From a virus (taxonomy: Duplodnaviria > Caudoviricetes): a stretch of 31,027 nucleotides of DNA. The notes under the pieces were generated by a model that saw only the letters and a program-made list of their open reading frames with translations, searched no databases and was not told the origin of the DNA. The position numbers and the translations under genes were made by a program. The DNA lies in the IMG/VR virus record IMGVR_UViG_3300010048_000244, positions 1-31,027 of that record; one strand, written 5' to 3'. Each line of letters opens with the position of its first letter. The stretch's first letter is position 1. Below are positions 9,482 to 18,881 of the stretch, one piece after another.

Positions 9482-10015
9482 ATGGATTACCACGGCGAAC
9501 TGCGGGAGGCGATGAAGTATTTGGGGGGCATAGAAAATACGATATTCGTCGGACAGGGGCTGATAGGCGGAACTACTATGTCCAGTACGTTCTCAGACGT
9601 GCCGGAACACAAACTGCTTGAATTTCCTGTAGCCGAAGAGATGCAAACAGGGTTTTGCACGGGATTAAGTCTGCAAGGACTTTTACCTATAGCGGTGTTT
9701 CCGCGCTGGAACTTCATGCTGCGCGCGGCGGATCAGCTTGTGAACCACCTTGATCGCCTGCCGCTGTTCTCCACGTACCGGCCCAAGGTCATTATCCGGA
9801 CGGCAGTGCCGTCAAGGGACCCGTTCGACCCCGGACCGCAGCATGACGATGATTTCAGTCTATGCTTCAGAGGTATGTTCCGTACGGTAGAGGTTTTGGC
9901 GCTGAAGGAACCCCAGTATATCATGCCCGCTTATCGGGCCGCCGTAGGCGGCGATCTGTCGACGATTATCGTCGAATACACGGACATGTACCGAAATGCG
10001 CGTGCCGCCGAATAA
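9482..10015 (+). CDS. TPP-dependent enzyme, E1-beta/transketolase pyrimidine-binding subunit (short form)
   Basis: FVGQ, EFPVAEE, ADQLVNH and GPQH are present. The frame extends upstream to ATG 9413 through a probable endonuclease relic. Confidence 0.82.
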   Translation: MDYHGELREAMKYLGGIENTIFVGQGLIGGTTMSSTFSDVPEHKLLEFPVAEEMQTGFCTGLSLQGLLPIAVFPRWNFMLRAADQLVNHLDRLPLFSTYRPKVIIRTAVPSRDPFDPGPQHDDDFSLCFRGMFRTVEVLALKEPQYIMPAYRAAVGGDLSTIIVEYTDMYRNARAAE

Positions 10016-10184
10016 TGTCATAGTGATCTTTGGTGACGCCATCCCGCAGATTGTGCGCGGGCCGATGTTGCTGCAACTGGAGATTTGGCTGCGCCAGCAT
10101 AACGTGGATGCTGAAGTGTTCATGGAAACCATGCGCGACCAGAACAAGCTGCGCCGCGATCTGACCCGTGAGGATGTGATTTGA
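9996..10184 (+). CDS. Small hypothetical protein (62 aa)
   Basis: Overlaps both neighbours and fills the gap in the operon. Confidence 0.55.
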   Translation: MRVPPNNVIVIFGDAIPQIVRGPMLLQLEIWLRQHNVDAEVFMETMRDQNKLRRDLTREDVI

Positions 10185-10639
10185 AACGACCCTTACCGCC
10201 TAACGACAGGTTCGATCTTCAGTATGCCCCGGAACCGAATACGGGGTGCTGGTTATGGACTGGCAAAATAACGAAACGCGGGTATGGACGCTTAATGGTC
10301 CAAGATGGGAGATGGCGTCATGTGTTAGCGCATAGGTTCTCTTATGAACGATTTGTCGGCCCTATACCGGACGGGTTGTGCATAGACCACAAATGCCGAT
10401 GTCGATCTTGCGTAAACCCGAACCACCTTCAAGTTGTTACGTATCGAGAGAACTTGTTATTGGGAGAAACCCTAGCCGGGGCTAATGCAGCGAAGACACA
10501 TTGCCCGAAAGGCCACTTCTTGTCCGATGCTAATCTGCTTAAATCGACAAGCGGGCGGCGGAAATGTCGGGAGTGTAATCGGCTGTATTTAGTCTGGCGT
10601 AATAACATAAGGGGGCGTCGTGTCAGCACAGCTTCCTGA
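10181..10639 (+). CDS. HNH homing endonuclease with a C-terminal Zn-ribbon
   Basis: PEPNTGCWLWTG, AHRFSYE, DHKC...CVNPNHL and THCPKGH...CREC. Confidence 0.9.
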   Translation: MKRPLPPNDRFDLQYAPEPNTGCWLWTGKITKRGYGRLMVQDGRWRHVLAHRFSYERFVGPIPDGLCIDHKCRCRSCVNPNHLQVVTYRENLLLGETLAGANAAKTHCPKGHFLSDANLLKSTSGRRKCRECNRLYLVWRNNIRGRRVSTAS

Positions 10640-11774
10640 ATTTCACGACCAAATAATTACTGGCTCTCCAGGCACATCAGTCCACGATCTTCTATTGGAT
10701 CATACTAAAATCGGTTGGTATCCGGACCTCATTGCGGCGTGGCAGCGGGGTGAGCGCATTGCGCCCGTCACAATTGACTGGGCGCTAACCCGGAAGTGCA
10801 ATTATGCGTGCGAATTTTGCTACGCGATGCTTCAGGAGAACGAGCGCAAGGAGCAAACCAAGGACATCGCATTTCACTTTTTGGATGACTGTGCGGAGAT
10901 TGGTGTTAGAGGCGTTTCACTTATTAGCGACGGGGAAAGCACTGTCCACCCGGACTACGTGGAGGTCATAGAGCATGGCGCTAAAGTGGGACTATCAATG
11001 GGTGTTGGCTCTAACGGGCTGTTGCTTAAGCGTCGCGTCCTTCAAGAAATACTGCCCTGTCTCCACTACCTGCGTTTTAATTTTTCCGCTGGAGAGCAGG
11101 GACGATACGCTGAGATTATGGGAGCGAAAAGCGATTGGTTTCGGGTGGTGATCCAGAACATCAAGGATGCCATGGAGATTAAGCGACGGGATAATCTGCA
11201 ATGCACGATCAATCTTCAAATGGTTGTAATGCCAAAATACGCCGATCAAATACTCCCGCTAACAAGATTGGCTATCGAGATTAAACCGGATTACTTGATT
11301 TTCAAACATTGTGCCGATGATAGTCGCCATCAGTTAGGCGTGGATTACGAACAATACGATGAGTGTATTCCCTTGCTTAAGGAGGCGGAACAGTTAGGCA
11401 AGGATAATGGACTGCATGTTGCGGTTAAGTGGAGTAGATTGGATGGAGTGAGAACCTATAGCCGTTGTTATGGCCCGCCATTTATTATGCAAGTCAGTGG
11501 CAGCGGGCTAGTGGCACCCTGCGGTTTTTTGTTTAATGAGCGTTATAAGAAATTTCATATCGGCAATATAGTGGACCAACGGTTCAAGGATATCTGGGCG
11601 TCAGATAGATACTGGGACGTTATGAAATACTTGGCAAGCGATGAGTTTGACCCCAGAAAACGATGTGGCCCAAACTGTCTACAGCACACGACAAACACTT
11701 ATCTCTTTGATCATCTGCATCGTGGCGCGCCACTGCCGGAAGGCAACCCGCCGCCACACTTGGGGTTTTTATGA
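10620..11774 (+). CDS. Radical SAM enzyme with a SPASM/twitch domain
   Basis: CNYACEFC (CxxxCxxC), GE loop (SDGEST), and C-terminal CYGP...PCG...IGNI..F..IW...C..NC. Confidence 0.92.
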   Translation: MSAQLPEFHDQIITGSPGTSVHDLLLDHTKIGWYPDLIAAWQRGERIAPVTIDWALTRKCNYACEFCYAMLQENERKEQTKDIAFHFLDDCAEIGVRGVSLISDGESTVHPDYVEVIEHGAKVGLSMGVGSNGLLLKRRVLQEILPCLHYLRFNFSAGEQGRYAEIMGAKSDWFRVVIQNIKDAMEIKRRDNLQCTINLQMVVMPKYADQILPLTRLAIEIKPDYLIFKHCADDSRHQLGVDYEQYDECIPLLKEAEQLGKDNGLHVAVKWSRLDGVRTYSRCYGPPFIMQVSGSGLVAPCGFLFNERYKKFHIGNIVDQRFKDIWASDRYWDVMKYLASDEFDPRKRCGPNCLQHTTNTYLFDHLHRGAPLPEGNPPPHLGFL

Positions 11775-12214
11775 CACCCGAAGAGTACAGAACTTACAAT
11801 CGAGAAAGGATGCGGGTATGGCGAGCAACTGGTAATAACCGGGCGCGATCTACACGGCGACAACTTGAGCTTAATCGCCAATCCCCCAAAACTGCTCTTC
11901 GGTTGATGATTTTTAATGCACGCAAGAGGGCGGCGGTATCCGTTACGCTTGCTGATCTTTTAGCGCTGTGGGAAGCGCAGAACGGACTTTGCGCTATTAC
12001 ACAGATCAAGATGACATGGGGTAGGGGCCGCATCCAGCCTACGTCGATGTCAATTGATCGTATTAACCCCACACTTGATTACTCCCCCGGCAATATCCGC
12101 CTCATTTGCCATGCTGTTAACTGTTTTAGACAGGGCATGAGCGATGATGAAATGTTTACCATGGCAATGGCTATCATTACTGGCATCAAGAGGCCCCGGC
12201 TACAGGTGGTCTAA
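11771..12214 (+). CDS. HNH-like (beta-beta-alpha-Me) endonuclease
   Basis: QNGLCAIT...SIDRINP..Y...NIRLIC..VN, with a basic N-terminus. Confidence 0.75.
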   Translation: MTPEEYRTYNRERMRVWRATGNNRARSTRRQLELNRQSPKTALRLMIFNARKRAAVSVTLADLLALWEAQNGLCAITQIKMTWGRGRIQPTSMSIDRINPTLDYSPGNIRLICHAVNCFRQGMSDDEMFTMAMAIITGIKRPRLQVV

Positions 12215-12660
12215 TGCCCATCCTGTTATGGCCCTTCCCTACCGGGATAGCGCCGCCGCCGTTCCCGATCCTGCGGCGCGCCCCGACCGGCAAGGTCTTC
12301 CTGATCCACAGCGACACCAACGATTTCTTCGGCCCGCCCCCCGTCATTAACGAAAGCTGCGTTCTGATATTCTATCCCATATCGACTGGCCCCAATCTGG
12401 GGGCGTCGCCGCTTCAGTTCAGCTTCACCGACCCGTACGGCAATACCCAATTCGGCGACCCAAGCTTTGCCTTTGTGTCCAGCGTGCCGATAACAGAGCA
12501 TTTCCCGACCGTAACCATCCCGGCTGGCAGCGCTGTCTATACGTTTGGTGTCGGAGAGCTTACCGTTCCGGGCCAATGGACCGTGCAGGTCACCGCTGCC
12601 GGTTACCAATCCAGAGCGGCCACCTTCCCGGTTACGCTTTTCCCGGTCAATCTGTTATAA
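12214..12660 (+). CDS. Hypothetical, putative virion beta-sandwich protein
   Basis: 148 aa with a TAATG overlap. FTDP.G...YTF..GEL..PG.W.VQ resembles baseplate/Ig-like modules. Confidence 0.55.
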   Translation: MPILLWPFPTGIAPPPFPILRRAPTGKVFLIHSDTNDFFGPPPVINESCVLIFYPISTGPNLGASPLQFSFTDPYGNTQFGDPSFAFVSSVPITEHFPTVTIPAGSAVYTFGVGELTVPGQWTVQVTAAGYQSRAATFPVTLFPVNLL

Positions 12661-12666
12661 GCGGGC

Positions 12667-13161
12667 ATGCCCACTGGTAGCCCCATTCTGCAAAGCGGCG
12701 CGGTGACCCCCAATCACTTGGCCGCGTTCGTCACCGATGGCGTTGTTGCTGACGCTGGTGTCGCTTTTGCCCAGTCCTTCGGGATATTGGCTACCACTGT
12801 CCTAAACATCAATTTCAACGCCGCCAACGTCGATAATGTCATCCCGATCCCGCTGCCTCTCGGCTATACCCGGTATCGGATCAGCGGCATCCACATAGCC
12901 GGTGCGTCAGGGACGCTGACAACCGCGACTTGCGGGGTGTTCACCGCCGTTAGCGGCGGCGGTCTGGCGGTTGTTACGGGCGGCACAGCGCTCACTATCA
13001 ACACCTCCGTGGCCGACACCAACAACAACGCGCAGAGCTTGACAGTCGTTAACCAGAACACCTTGGCGCTATCTGACCCTGTTCTGTATTTCCGGTTGCA
13101 GAACGCGCAGGGGTCCGCTGCTACTGCAAATCTGACACTGTTCTACCAACCACTGCCGTAG
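12667..13161 (+). CDS. Putative virion/tail protein
   Basis: 164 aa. Its N-terminal QSG.VTP.H...VTDGV..D.G module is shared with the next gene. Confidence 0.65.
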   Translation: MPTGSPILQSGAVTPNHLAAFVTDGVVADAGVAFAQSFGILATTVLNINFNAANVDNVIPIPLPLGYTRYRISGIHIAGASGTLTTATCGVFTAVSGGGLAVVTGGTALTINTSVADTNNNAQSLTVVNQNTLALSDPVLYFRLQNAQGSAATANLTLFYQPLP

Positions 13162-13168
13162 GGCGAAA

Positions 13169-15232
13169 ATGACAAAAGAAGCTGTCGAACAATCTGGGTT
13201 TGTGACGCCCGGTCACGTCCCGGTATGGGTTACAGACGGAGTGATTTCCGACAGCGGCCTGCCGCTCAATACCGCAACATTGACTTCGCAGACGGAGGCG
13301 TTCTTCCCCACCAGAGCGCTCGCCATAGCGGCCAGCATACCAACTACAATCACAACACTGACTACCTCCGGATACACCAATCCCGGCGATGGCGGTGACG
13401 CCATCTATACCAAGACCGGCGGTCCAACAACGGGCGGTTTTCAGTCGTTGGACGGAGCGTTCTGGGCGATAGCCCCCAGCAATTTTATGTCCGTCAAGCA
13501 GTTCGGTGCGAAAGGGGATGGCCTTACTGACGACACCACGGCCATACAGAACGCGATCAATTTCGTCATTCCGGTACAGCTTGGCAGCAACGATTTTGTC
13601 AATGCGTTGCAAGACAAGGCCATACTGTACTTCCCGCCGGGGCAGTACGTTATCGTCACTCCTCTGGATTTCAGCGGACGAACCGGCGGCAGGGTTATGG
13701 GTGCCGGGAAACTAGCAACGCAAATCTTTCAAAACACTAATGCAGTCGATTGCATCCACGCTAACGGCATAGCGTACTTCAGTTTTGAGGCCATGGGTTT
13801 ATTCTGCCAAGGCGGCGGCAATTCGGCCAGCTTTGATTTGGACTGGACTAACACGGGCAACGGGCCAAATACGCATTCGATTGTCTTCCGCGATATATTT
13901 TTCAGTTGCGGCCAAAGCAATTTTGGCTCTTACGGGTTGCGCATTGGCAAGTCCAACAACCAATGTTCGGAAATCTCCATCTATAGCTGTTTCTTTTCCA
14001 ATTGTACGGTGGCTGGGATATCGATTGAGGCTGCGAACGCGCTCAACATTGAAGTCTATGGCGGAGATTTCGAAGGTTGCTCCAACATCGGGATTTGGGT
14101 TCAGCTAGGATTTGTTGAAACAATTTCTGGGGCTGCATTTGAGAATGGCACCAACAATTGGGATATTCTCATCGGTTCGACTGGCGGTGACGGCTGCATA
14201 ATCACTGGGTGCCGTTCCGAAAGCAAAAACTTCCTCGGCTCGACACGCGGTCAGAACAGCGTGATCTGTTGCAATCACAGTCCGGGTGGTGCGCAGCTTG
14301 GCGGCACCTTTGTTGATAACGGGGTGGAACCCTGCTCAATTATAAATTGCAGTACGGACGCGGTATTGAATTGGGGTGCCAGCGGTGGCACTGCCCCATT
14401 CGACATCACCGGCAGCGTTTTCACTCTGACCAACTTTTCCGGCGGCGCGCCGGGGCGCTTGCGCAACTCATACATAGGAGGCATTCCCGGCGTCGGGACG
14501 TATTACTACGATGCGTATTTTTTCAGTAACAGCATCTTTGGCGACGGCGATGTCACCTCCACCAACGTCGGAGGGCACATCGCTGGACAGAACCTTGATG
14601 CTTACTCGGTTACTACGGGACAGCCCCAAGTCGGCGTCGGAATAATTACCGCGTCTCGTCGCGCCGTCCTTGGTCTTAGCAGCAGCGACAAGCCGTATCT
14701 TGGGTTTGGCCCCGGCACAAGCACTCGCGATACGTTTTTGAACCGTCAAGACGTAGCCACGCTGGGCTGCGGCGCGAGCGAGCAAACAGCGGACGGAACA
14801 TTCACCACTCACGCTTTTGCTGCCGGTAGCTTCGACGCAGCATCTGGCAGTGAGCCGCATATTCGTGTCGCCTTGCTTGCCGATGCCTTTAGCAGGATCA
14901 GATTGTCGCTCGACCCCGGCAACAGCGACGCGCCCCAGATGGGTTTCGGGTCAGGCAGCGCAACACGCGATATCTTTCTTAATCGTCAGGGTGTGAACCA
15001 GTTCGGCGTCGGGTCTAGCTCCAGCGCTACGGACGGGCAGATCACGCTCAAGTTTTTGCGGACCGTCCCGACTACAGTCAGTGGTTTGGGGGCAGCGGGG
15101 TCGGCCGGGCGTCGCGCTATGGTCACTGACGCGACCGTTGTCGCATCGGGAAATTTCGGGGCGATTGTCGCTGGCACCGGGGGCAATACCGTGCCCGTTT
15201 ACGACGACGGGACGAACTGGAGGATCGGATGA
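13169..15232 (+). CDS. Tailspike/receptor-binding protein with a right-handed beta-helix (Pectate_lyase_3-like)
   Basis: SVKQFGAKGDGLTDDTTAIQNAI...LYFPPGQY, then beta-helix rungs and a C-terminal VPVYDDGTNWRIG. Confidence 0.85.
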   Translation: MTKEAVEQSGFVTPGHVPVWVTDGVISDSGLPLNTATLTSQTEAFFPTRALAIAASIPTTITTLTTSGYTNPGDGGDAIYTKTGGPTTGGFQSLDGAFWAIAPSNFMSVKQFGAKGDGLTDDTTAIQNAINFVIPVQLGSNDFVNALQDKAILYFPPGQYVIVTPLDFSGRTGGRVMGAGKLATQIFQNTNAVDCIHANGIAYFSFEAMGLFCQGGGNSASFDLDWTNTGNGPNTHSIVFRDIFFSCGQSNFGSYGLRIGKSNNQCSEISIYSCFFSNCTVAGISIEAANALNIEVYGGDFEGCSNIGIWVQLGFVETISGAAFENGTNNWDILIGSTGGDGCIITGCRSESKNFLGSTRGQNSVICCNHSPGGAQLGGTFVDNGVEPCSIINCSTDAVLNWGASGGTAPFDITGSVFTLTNFSGGAPGRLRNSYIGGIPGVGTYYYDAYFFSNSIFGDGDVTSTNVGGHIAGQNLDAYSVTTGQPQVGVGIITASRRAVLGLSSSDKPYLGFGPGTSTRDTFLNRQDVATLGCGASEQTADGTFTTHAFAAGSFDAASGSEPHIRVALLADAFSRIRLSLDPGNSDAPQMGFGSGSATRDIFLNRQGVNQFGVGSSSSATDGQITLKFLRTVPTTVSGLGAAGSAGRRAMVTDATVVASGNFGAIVAGTGGNTVPVYDDGTNWRIG

Positions 15233-15861
15233 GGCGCTTTATCTACGCGGCAATCGTTGTGCTGACATCGGCGTGGCCCGCGTACGCCGCTACCAATGTC
15301 TGGGTGTTCTACGGCGCGGGGCCTCCGATCTTCTCTAGCGGGATGGATCAGGTCGCCCGCAAGGCGCGCGCCATCAGCGGCGTCGGCGTTGTGCATGGCC
15401 CTTATTCCTATTACGAAACCCAGCGGGCCTATAACGAAATCATGGCTTCGCCGTCATCCGACAAGGTCGTCATCGTCGGCTATTCTTGCGGCGGTAACGC
15501 TGCGGCCATTATCAGTCAGACGGGCGGGCGGCAGATGAACGTGCTTGGGATGCAACCATCGATCTGGTGCGGATCGACCGAAGTCCGCTCCAATGTGCCT
15601 TATGCCCAAGCCACCTATAGCTTCGGAACCTTCGGGCTGGGTGCGGCGCGATACTGGGGCACCGCGCAGCGGATCATCAACATCAACAGGCCGGACGGGC
15701 ATTTGCAGGCCGATAACGATCCGAACTACCAGAACGACGTGCTGACAGCGATCTATGCCATCGCCAATCCGTCGCGGACGCATAACGCGATCAACAGCAT
15801 GGCGCGACGGACAGAGTTCGTCCGCACCAACGGTCAGACGATCTGGCTCAGAGGACGCTAA
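15229..15861 (+). CDS. Secreted alpha/beta-hydrolase-like protein
   Basis: Signal peptide MRRFIYAAIVVLTSAWPAYA, nucleophile-elbow motif IVGYSCGG (GxSxG), and a late His (DGH). Confidence 0.65.
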   Translation: MRRFIYAAIVVLTSAWPAYAATNVWVFYGAGPPIFSSGMDQVARKARAISGVGVVHGPYSYYETQRAYNEIMASPSSDKVVIVGYSCGGNAAAIISQTGGRQMNVLGMQPSIWCGSTEVRSNVPYAQATYSFGTFGLGAARYWGTAQRIININRPDGHLQADNDPNYQNDVLTAIYAIANPSRTHNAINSMARRTEFVRTNGQTIWLRGR

Positions 15862-16160
15862 TGAACCCCGGCGCGGTCGAGGAAGGCGCAGAGGTCGCCA
15901 AAACCGTCATCGGCGCGTTGAAAGGCGAGCCGATCAGTTTGGCATTGATCATCATGAACGTGATCTTCGTCGGCGTAATGGGCTTTGGAGCCTATGCGCT
16001 CAATATCCGCACCACCGCCCGTTATGAGGCGCAGGACCAGCTTATCCATAAGCTTCTCGATCAATGTCATCTGGGTGGCAGGTCCAGCCTGTTACTAACG
16101 CCACCCCGGCCGCCACTGCCGCTGCCGGAACCGGAGATTGAACACCATGAAAGCCATTGA
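15861..16160 (+). CDS. Putative holin/small membrane protein
   Basis: Hydrophobic segment [23 protein letters not shown], located upstream of the endolysin. Confidence 0.55.
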   Translation: MNPGAVEEGAEVAKTVIGALKGEPISLALIIMNVIFVGVMGFGAYALNIRTTARYEAQDQLIHKLLDQCHLGGRSSLLLTPPRPPLPLPEPEIEHHESH

Positions 16161-16653
16161 TATCACTGGTCACAAATACAACCGTCTTAGTGTTCTGCGC
16201 CCAGAGGGGCGGGATAAACGCGGCTATGTGCTTTGGCGATGTCGGTGTGATTGCGGGGCCACTATTGTAGTCGGTGCCAATTCACTTCGTAGGGGGAATA
16301 CTAAGTCGTGCGGTTGCTGGAACCGTGAAAGGCTTTCAACGCGGCCCAATGCACGACGACACGGTCAGAGGCATACAAGCGAATACTTCGCGTGGGCTAG
16401 CCTTCGGAAGCGATGTCAAGACCAAAATGACAAAGACTTCGCCAGATACGGTGGGCGGGGCATTAAAGTCTGTGAACGATGGCAGCGGTTTGAAAACTTT
16501 TTCGCCGACATGGGGCCGCGTCCGCCGGGATTAAGCATCGACCGCATCAATAATGATGGCAACTACGAACCATCTAATTGCCGGTGGGCTACATCCAGCC
16601 AGCAAAATAAAAATAGGCAGCCCCTCAACCGTGACCATGGGAGGTTCGCGTGA
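16147..16653 (+). CDS. HNH-type homing endonuclease
   Basis: [29 protein letters not shown] and [20 protein letters not shown]. Confidence 0.9.
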   Translation: MKAIDITGHKYNRLSVLRPEGRDKRGYVLWRCRCDCGATIVVGANSLRRGNTKSCGCWNRERLSTRPNARRHGQRHTSEYFAWASLRKRCQDQNDKDFARYGGRGIKVCERWQRFENFFADMGPRPPGLSIDRINNDGNYEPSNCRWATSSQQNKNRQPLNRDHGRFA

Positions 16654-17627
16654 AAATTGCGATCAGTTCAGGCCACGGAAAATACGTCAGGGGTGCAGTC
16701 GGCCCGCAGGGCTGGGGGTTGGACGAGGTCAACGAGGCACGCAGGGTTGTCCCCAAGGTTGCGGAGTTCCTGCGGGCTAACGGCAACACCGTCCACACCT
16801 TTAACGATGATACTTCAACTACCCAGCAGCAAAACCTCAACACCATCGTCAATTGGCACAACAAGCAGGACCGCGAACTGGACGTGAGCGTCCACTTCAA
16901 CGCCTATGTTCCCACTGAGCTAGGGCGCGGCGACGAAACCCTGTACCTGACCCAGCAGGCGCTGGCGACCAAGATCACCAACGCCATTTGCTCCGTAAGC
17001 GGACTGATCAACCGGGGAGCCAAGAAGCGGTCGGACCTCTACTTCCTCAATGGCACGAATAAGCCTGCCGTGTTGTTGGAGATATGCTTCGTGGATGCGG
17101 CGGCGGATGTCGAAGCCTACACCCAGCACTTCGATGCGATCTGTGAGGCTATTGCGGAAGCTATAGCCCCGTCTGCGGCGGAAGCTCCGATCGCCGAAGA
17201 TGTGCTTAACGTGTCCGGTAAAGTCTCATGGTTCGGTGGTCCGGACGATACCGGCGTAACTCCGTCAGAAGGTCTGGCATTCATTTACAAGTACGAAACA
17301 GCCCCGGAGCTATTCCTGCCGAAACAACCGGTAGGGACCACCGGATTGGCGCGCAGGCTCGACCCCGACAAGCACTACCTAGCGCTGCGCTGGGACTACA
17401 GCCAGTTCTCCAAGACGCGGCTCGCGGGCAAGGAAGTGGCGCGGGTCTATGCCCCCAAGACGGGAAGGTCCTTTTCGGATGTGAGGCCCGCAGACTGGGG
17501 TCCACACGTCAACACGCAGCGCGTTGCAGATATCTCTCCGGGACTGATGCGCGAGCTTGGCATCGACACCGACGACGTGATCGATGTGATCTATCCCGTA
17601 CCGTCTGAGGACGAGGAAGTAGCGTGA
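16650..17627 (+). CDS. Endolysin: N-acetylmuramoyl-L-alanine amidase (Amidase_3) with a C-terminal double-psi-barrel-like domain
   Basis: SSGHG..E, SVHFNA and LLEICFVD; C-terminal SWFGGPDD...DWGP...RVADISP. Confidence 0.88.
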   Translation: MKIAISSGHGKYVRGAVGPQGWGLDEVNEARRVVPKVAEFLRANGNTVHTFNDDTSTTQQQNLNTIVNWHNKQDRELDVSVHFNAYVPTELGRGDETLYLTQQALATKITNAICSVSGLINRGAKKRSDLYFLNGTNKPAVLLEICFVDAAADVEAYTQHFDAICEAIAEAIAPSAAEAPIAEDVLNVSGKVSWFGGPDDTGVTPSEGLAFIYKYETAPELFLPKQPVGTTGLARRLDPDKHYLALRWDYSQFSKTRLAGKEVARVYAPKTGRSFSDVRPADWGPHVNTQRVADISPGLMRELGIDTDDVIDVIYPVPSEDEEVA

Positions 17628-17812
17628 TCAAATATTTTTGCCGATAACCTAACGTATCTCTTGGAACCGGACGGCAGCCGATGTATTCCTAGGATGCTGG
17701 GTCATATTCCCATCCCCCGACACCCCGTGACCCGGTACGGCCGCCGTCCGGTCACCCGAAGCCCCCCAGCCCCGCGACTGGGCGGCGGCTTAATCTCCAG
17801 TTGCATTGCGGC

Positions 17813-17845
17813 AAAAAGAAAGCCGCCCCGGTTCCCCGGAGCGGC
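17813..17845 (-). terminator. Rho-independent terminator for the leftward operon
   Basis: The minus strand reads gccgctccgg-ggaa-ccggggcggc followed by TTTCTTTTT, just after the stop at 17852. Confidence 0.75.
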
Positions 17846-17851
17846 AGTAGC

Positions 17852-18139
17852 CTAGACGACGATAGGCGGTTCTGGTTCGAAGATTTCGACGCTTACGCCC
17901 TTCGGACGTTCCGCCTTGGGCAGCTTCTTCGGCTTGGTCAGATCGACCGGCTTCGTCTTGGGCAGCTTGTCCGGTTTCGCCGCCTTGGGTGCCCTTAGAG
18001 CTTCGCGCTCCGCTTTCTTGCGGGCCTCCACCCGTCGCTGGGCCGCCATGTAGCGCTGGAGAGAGTTGGCGGTACGGAACAGTCTGGACAGTAGCGTGTC
18101 GATCATCTGATCGATATTCTTTGTGCGCCGTTTTGCCAT
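17852..18139 (-). CDS. Small basic (Lys/Arg-rich) hypothetical protein
   Basis: 95 aa with a GAAGG RBS and a terminator directly downstream. Confidence 0.65.
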   Translation of the reverse strand: MAKRRTKNIDQMIDTLLSRLFRTANSLQRYMAAQRRVEARKKAEREALRAPKAAKPDKLPKTKPVDLTKPKKLPKAERPKGVSVEIFEPEPPIVV

Positions 18140-18422
18140 GACGCACCTTCCTTCTGCACGTTGCGTGCTGATTAAGTTGTCAAAGAACCGTCCGGGGTAT
18201 AACCCGTCCGACCGGCTGGCTCATCCCAACCGATGGCACAGTCTAACATGAGGGGTCCGCGCTTTTCGTAGTTTTGCCAACTACGGTCACGCTACATAAG
18301 GACTTCTTGCACGTTTGCGGGGGGTTGACTTCAGGAGAAACCGGCACAAGTTGAACGCGAGCAAACAAACTTCAAACAAGAAGTGCCCGGTTTGCCGCAA
18401 CAACTTTCACACAAAATAATTT

Positions 18423-18881
18423 TTATTGAGCAATTCGCTTGTCCCAAGCGATGAACGGAGTTTGGTCGATGTCGATCAGGAGCGGCCACTCGATGATCGA
18501 CACCGGGGACAGCCACGGTTGCTGCCACACAAGAAGCGGGCGTGCAGGAACGCCGTCGCCCCTCACCAATTCCGGATAGTAGAACTCCGCTACCGGGGCG
18601 TGGGTGGCGGCTTGGTTTAACCCCGGTAGCGGGTCACCCGCCACGTTTGCAGGGATACGTGACGGGATGATCACCTTCAACTTCGGACGCTCGTCGTAGT
18701 GGTCAGCCGGTTTCGGACTGCGATCCCAGCACCGGTTTTCCGTGTGCCACCAGAGATGAGAGTTCGGCCAGCGCTGCATCGCTTCCCGATGTGTCAGGCA
18801 CGGGTTCGCCGTTGCGCTTGGCACTGCCATTACGCTTACGCTTAACGCGGCTAAACTCAAACCTGCCAAGGCGGGCCGCAT
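18423..18881 (-). CDS. Hypothetical protein with a signal-peptide-like N-terminus
   Basis: MRPALAGLSLAALSVSVMAVPSATA-NPC...HLWWH...CW. The start is uncertain and the ORF overlaps the upstream gene. Confidence 0.5.
   Translation of the reverse strand: MRPALAGLSLAALSVSVMAVPSATANPCLTHREAMQRWPNSHLWWHTENRCWDRSPKPADHYDERPKLKVIIPSRIPANVAGDPLPGLNQAATHAPVAEFYYPELVRGDGVPARPLLVWQQPWLSPVSIIEWPLLIDIDQTPFIAWDKRIAQ

Noticed and set aside
8781-10015. Pyruvate dehydrogenase as an auxiliary metabolic gene
   Set aside because: Both subunits are much shorter than E1 alpha/beta, no E2/E3 is present, and the context is sugar biosynthesis.
5761-11774. Cluster as a captured host LPS locus or a DNA-hypermodification system
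   Set aside because: There are no transport or polymerase genes and no base hydroxymethylase or DNA glycosyltransferase. GT41 is a protein-acting family and the genes lie among virion genes. Not fully excluded.
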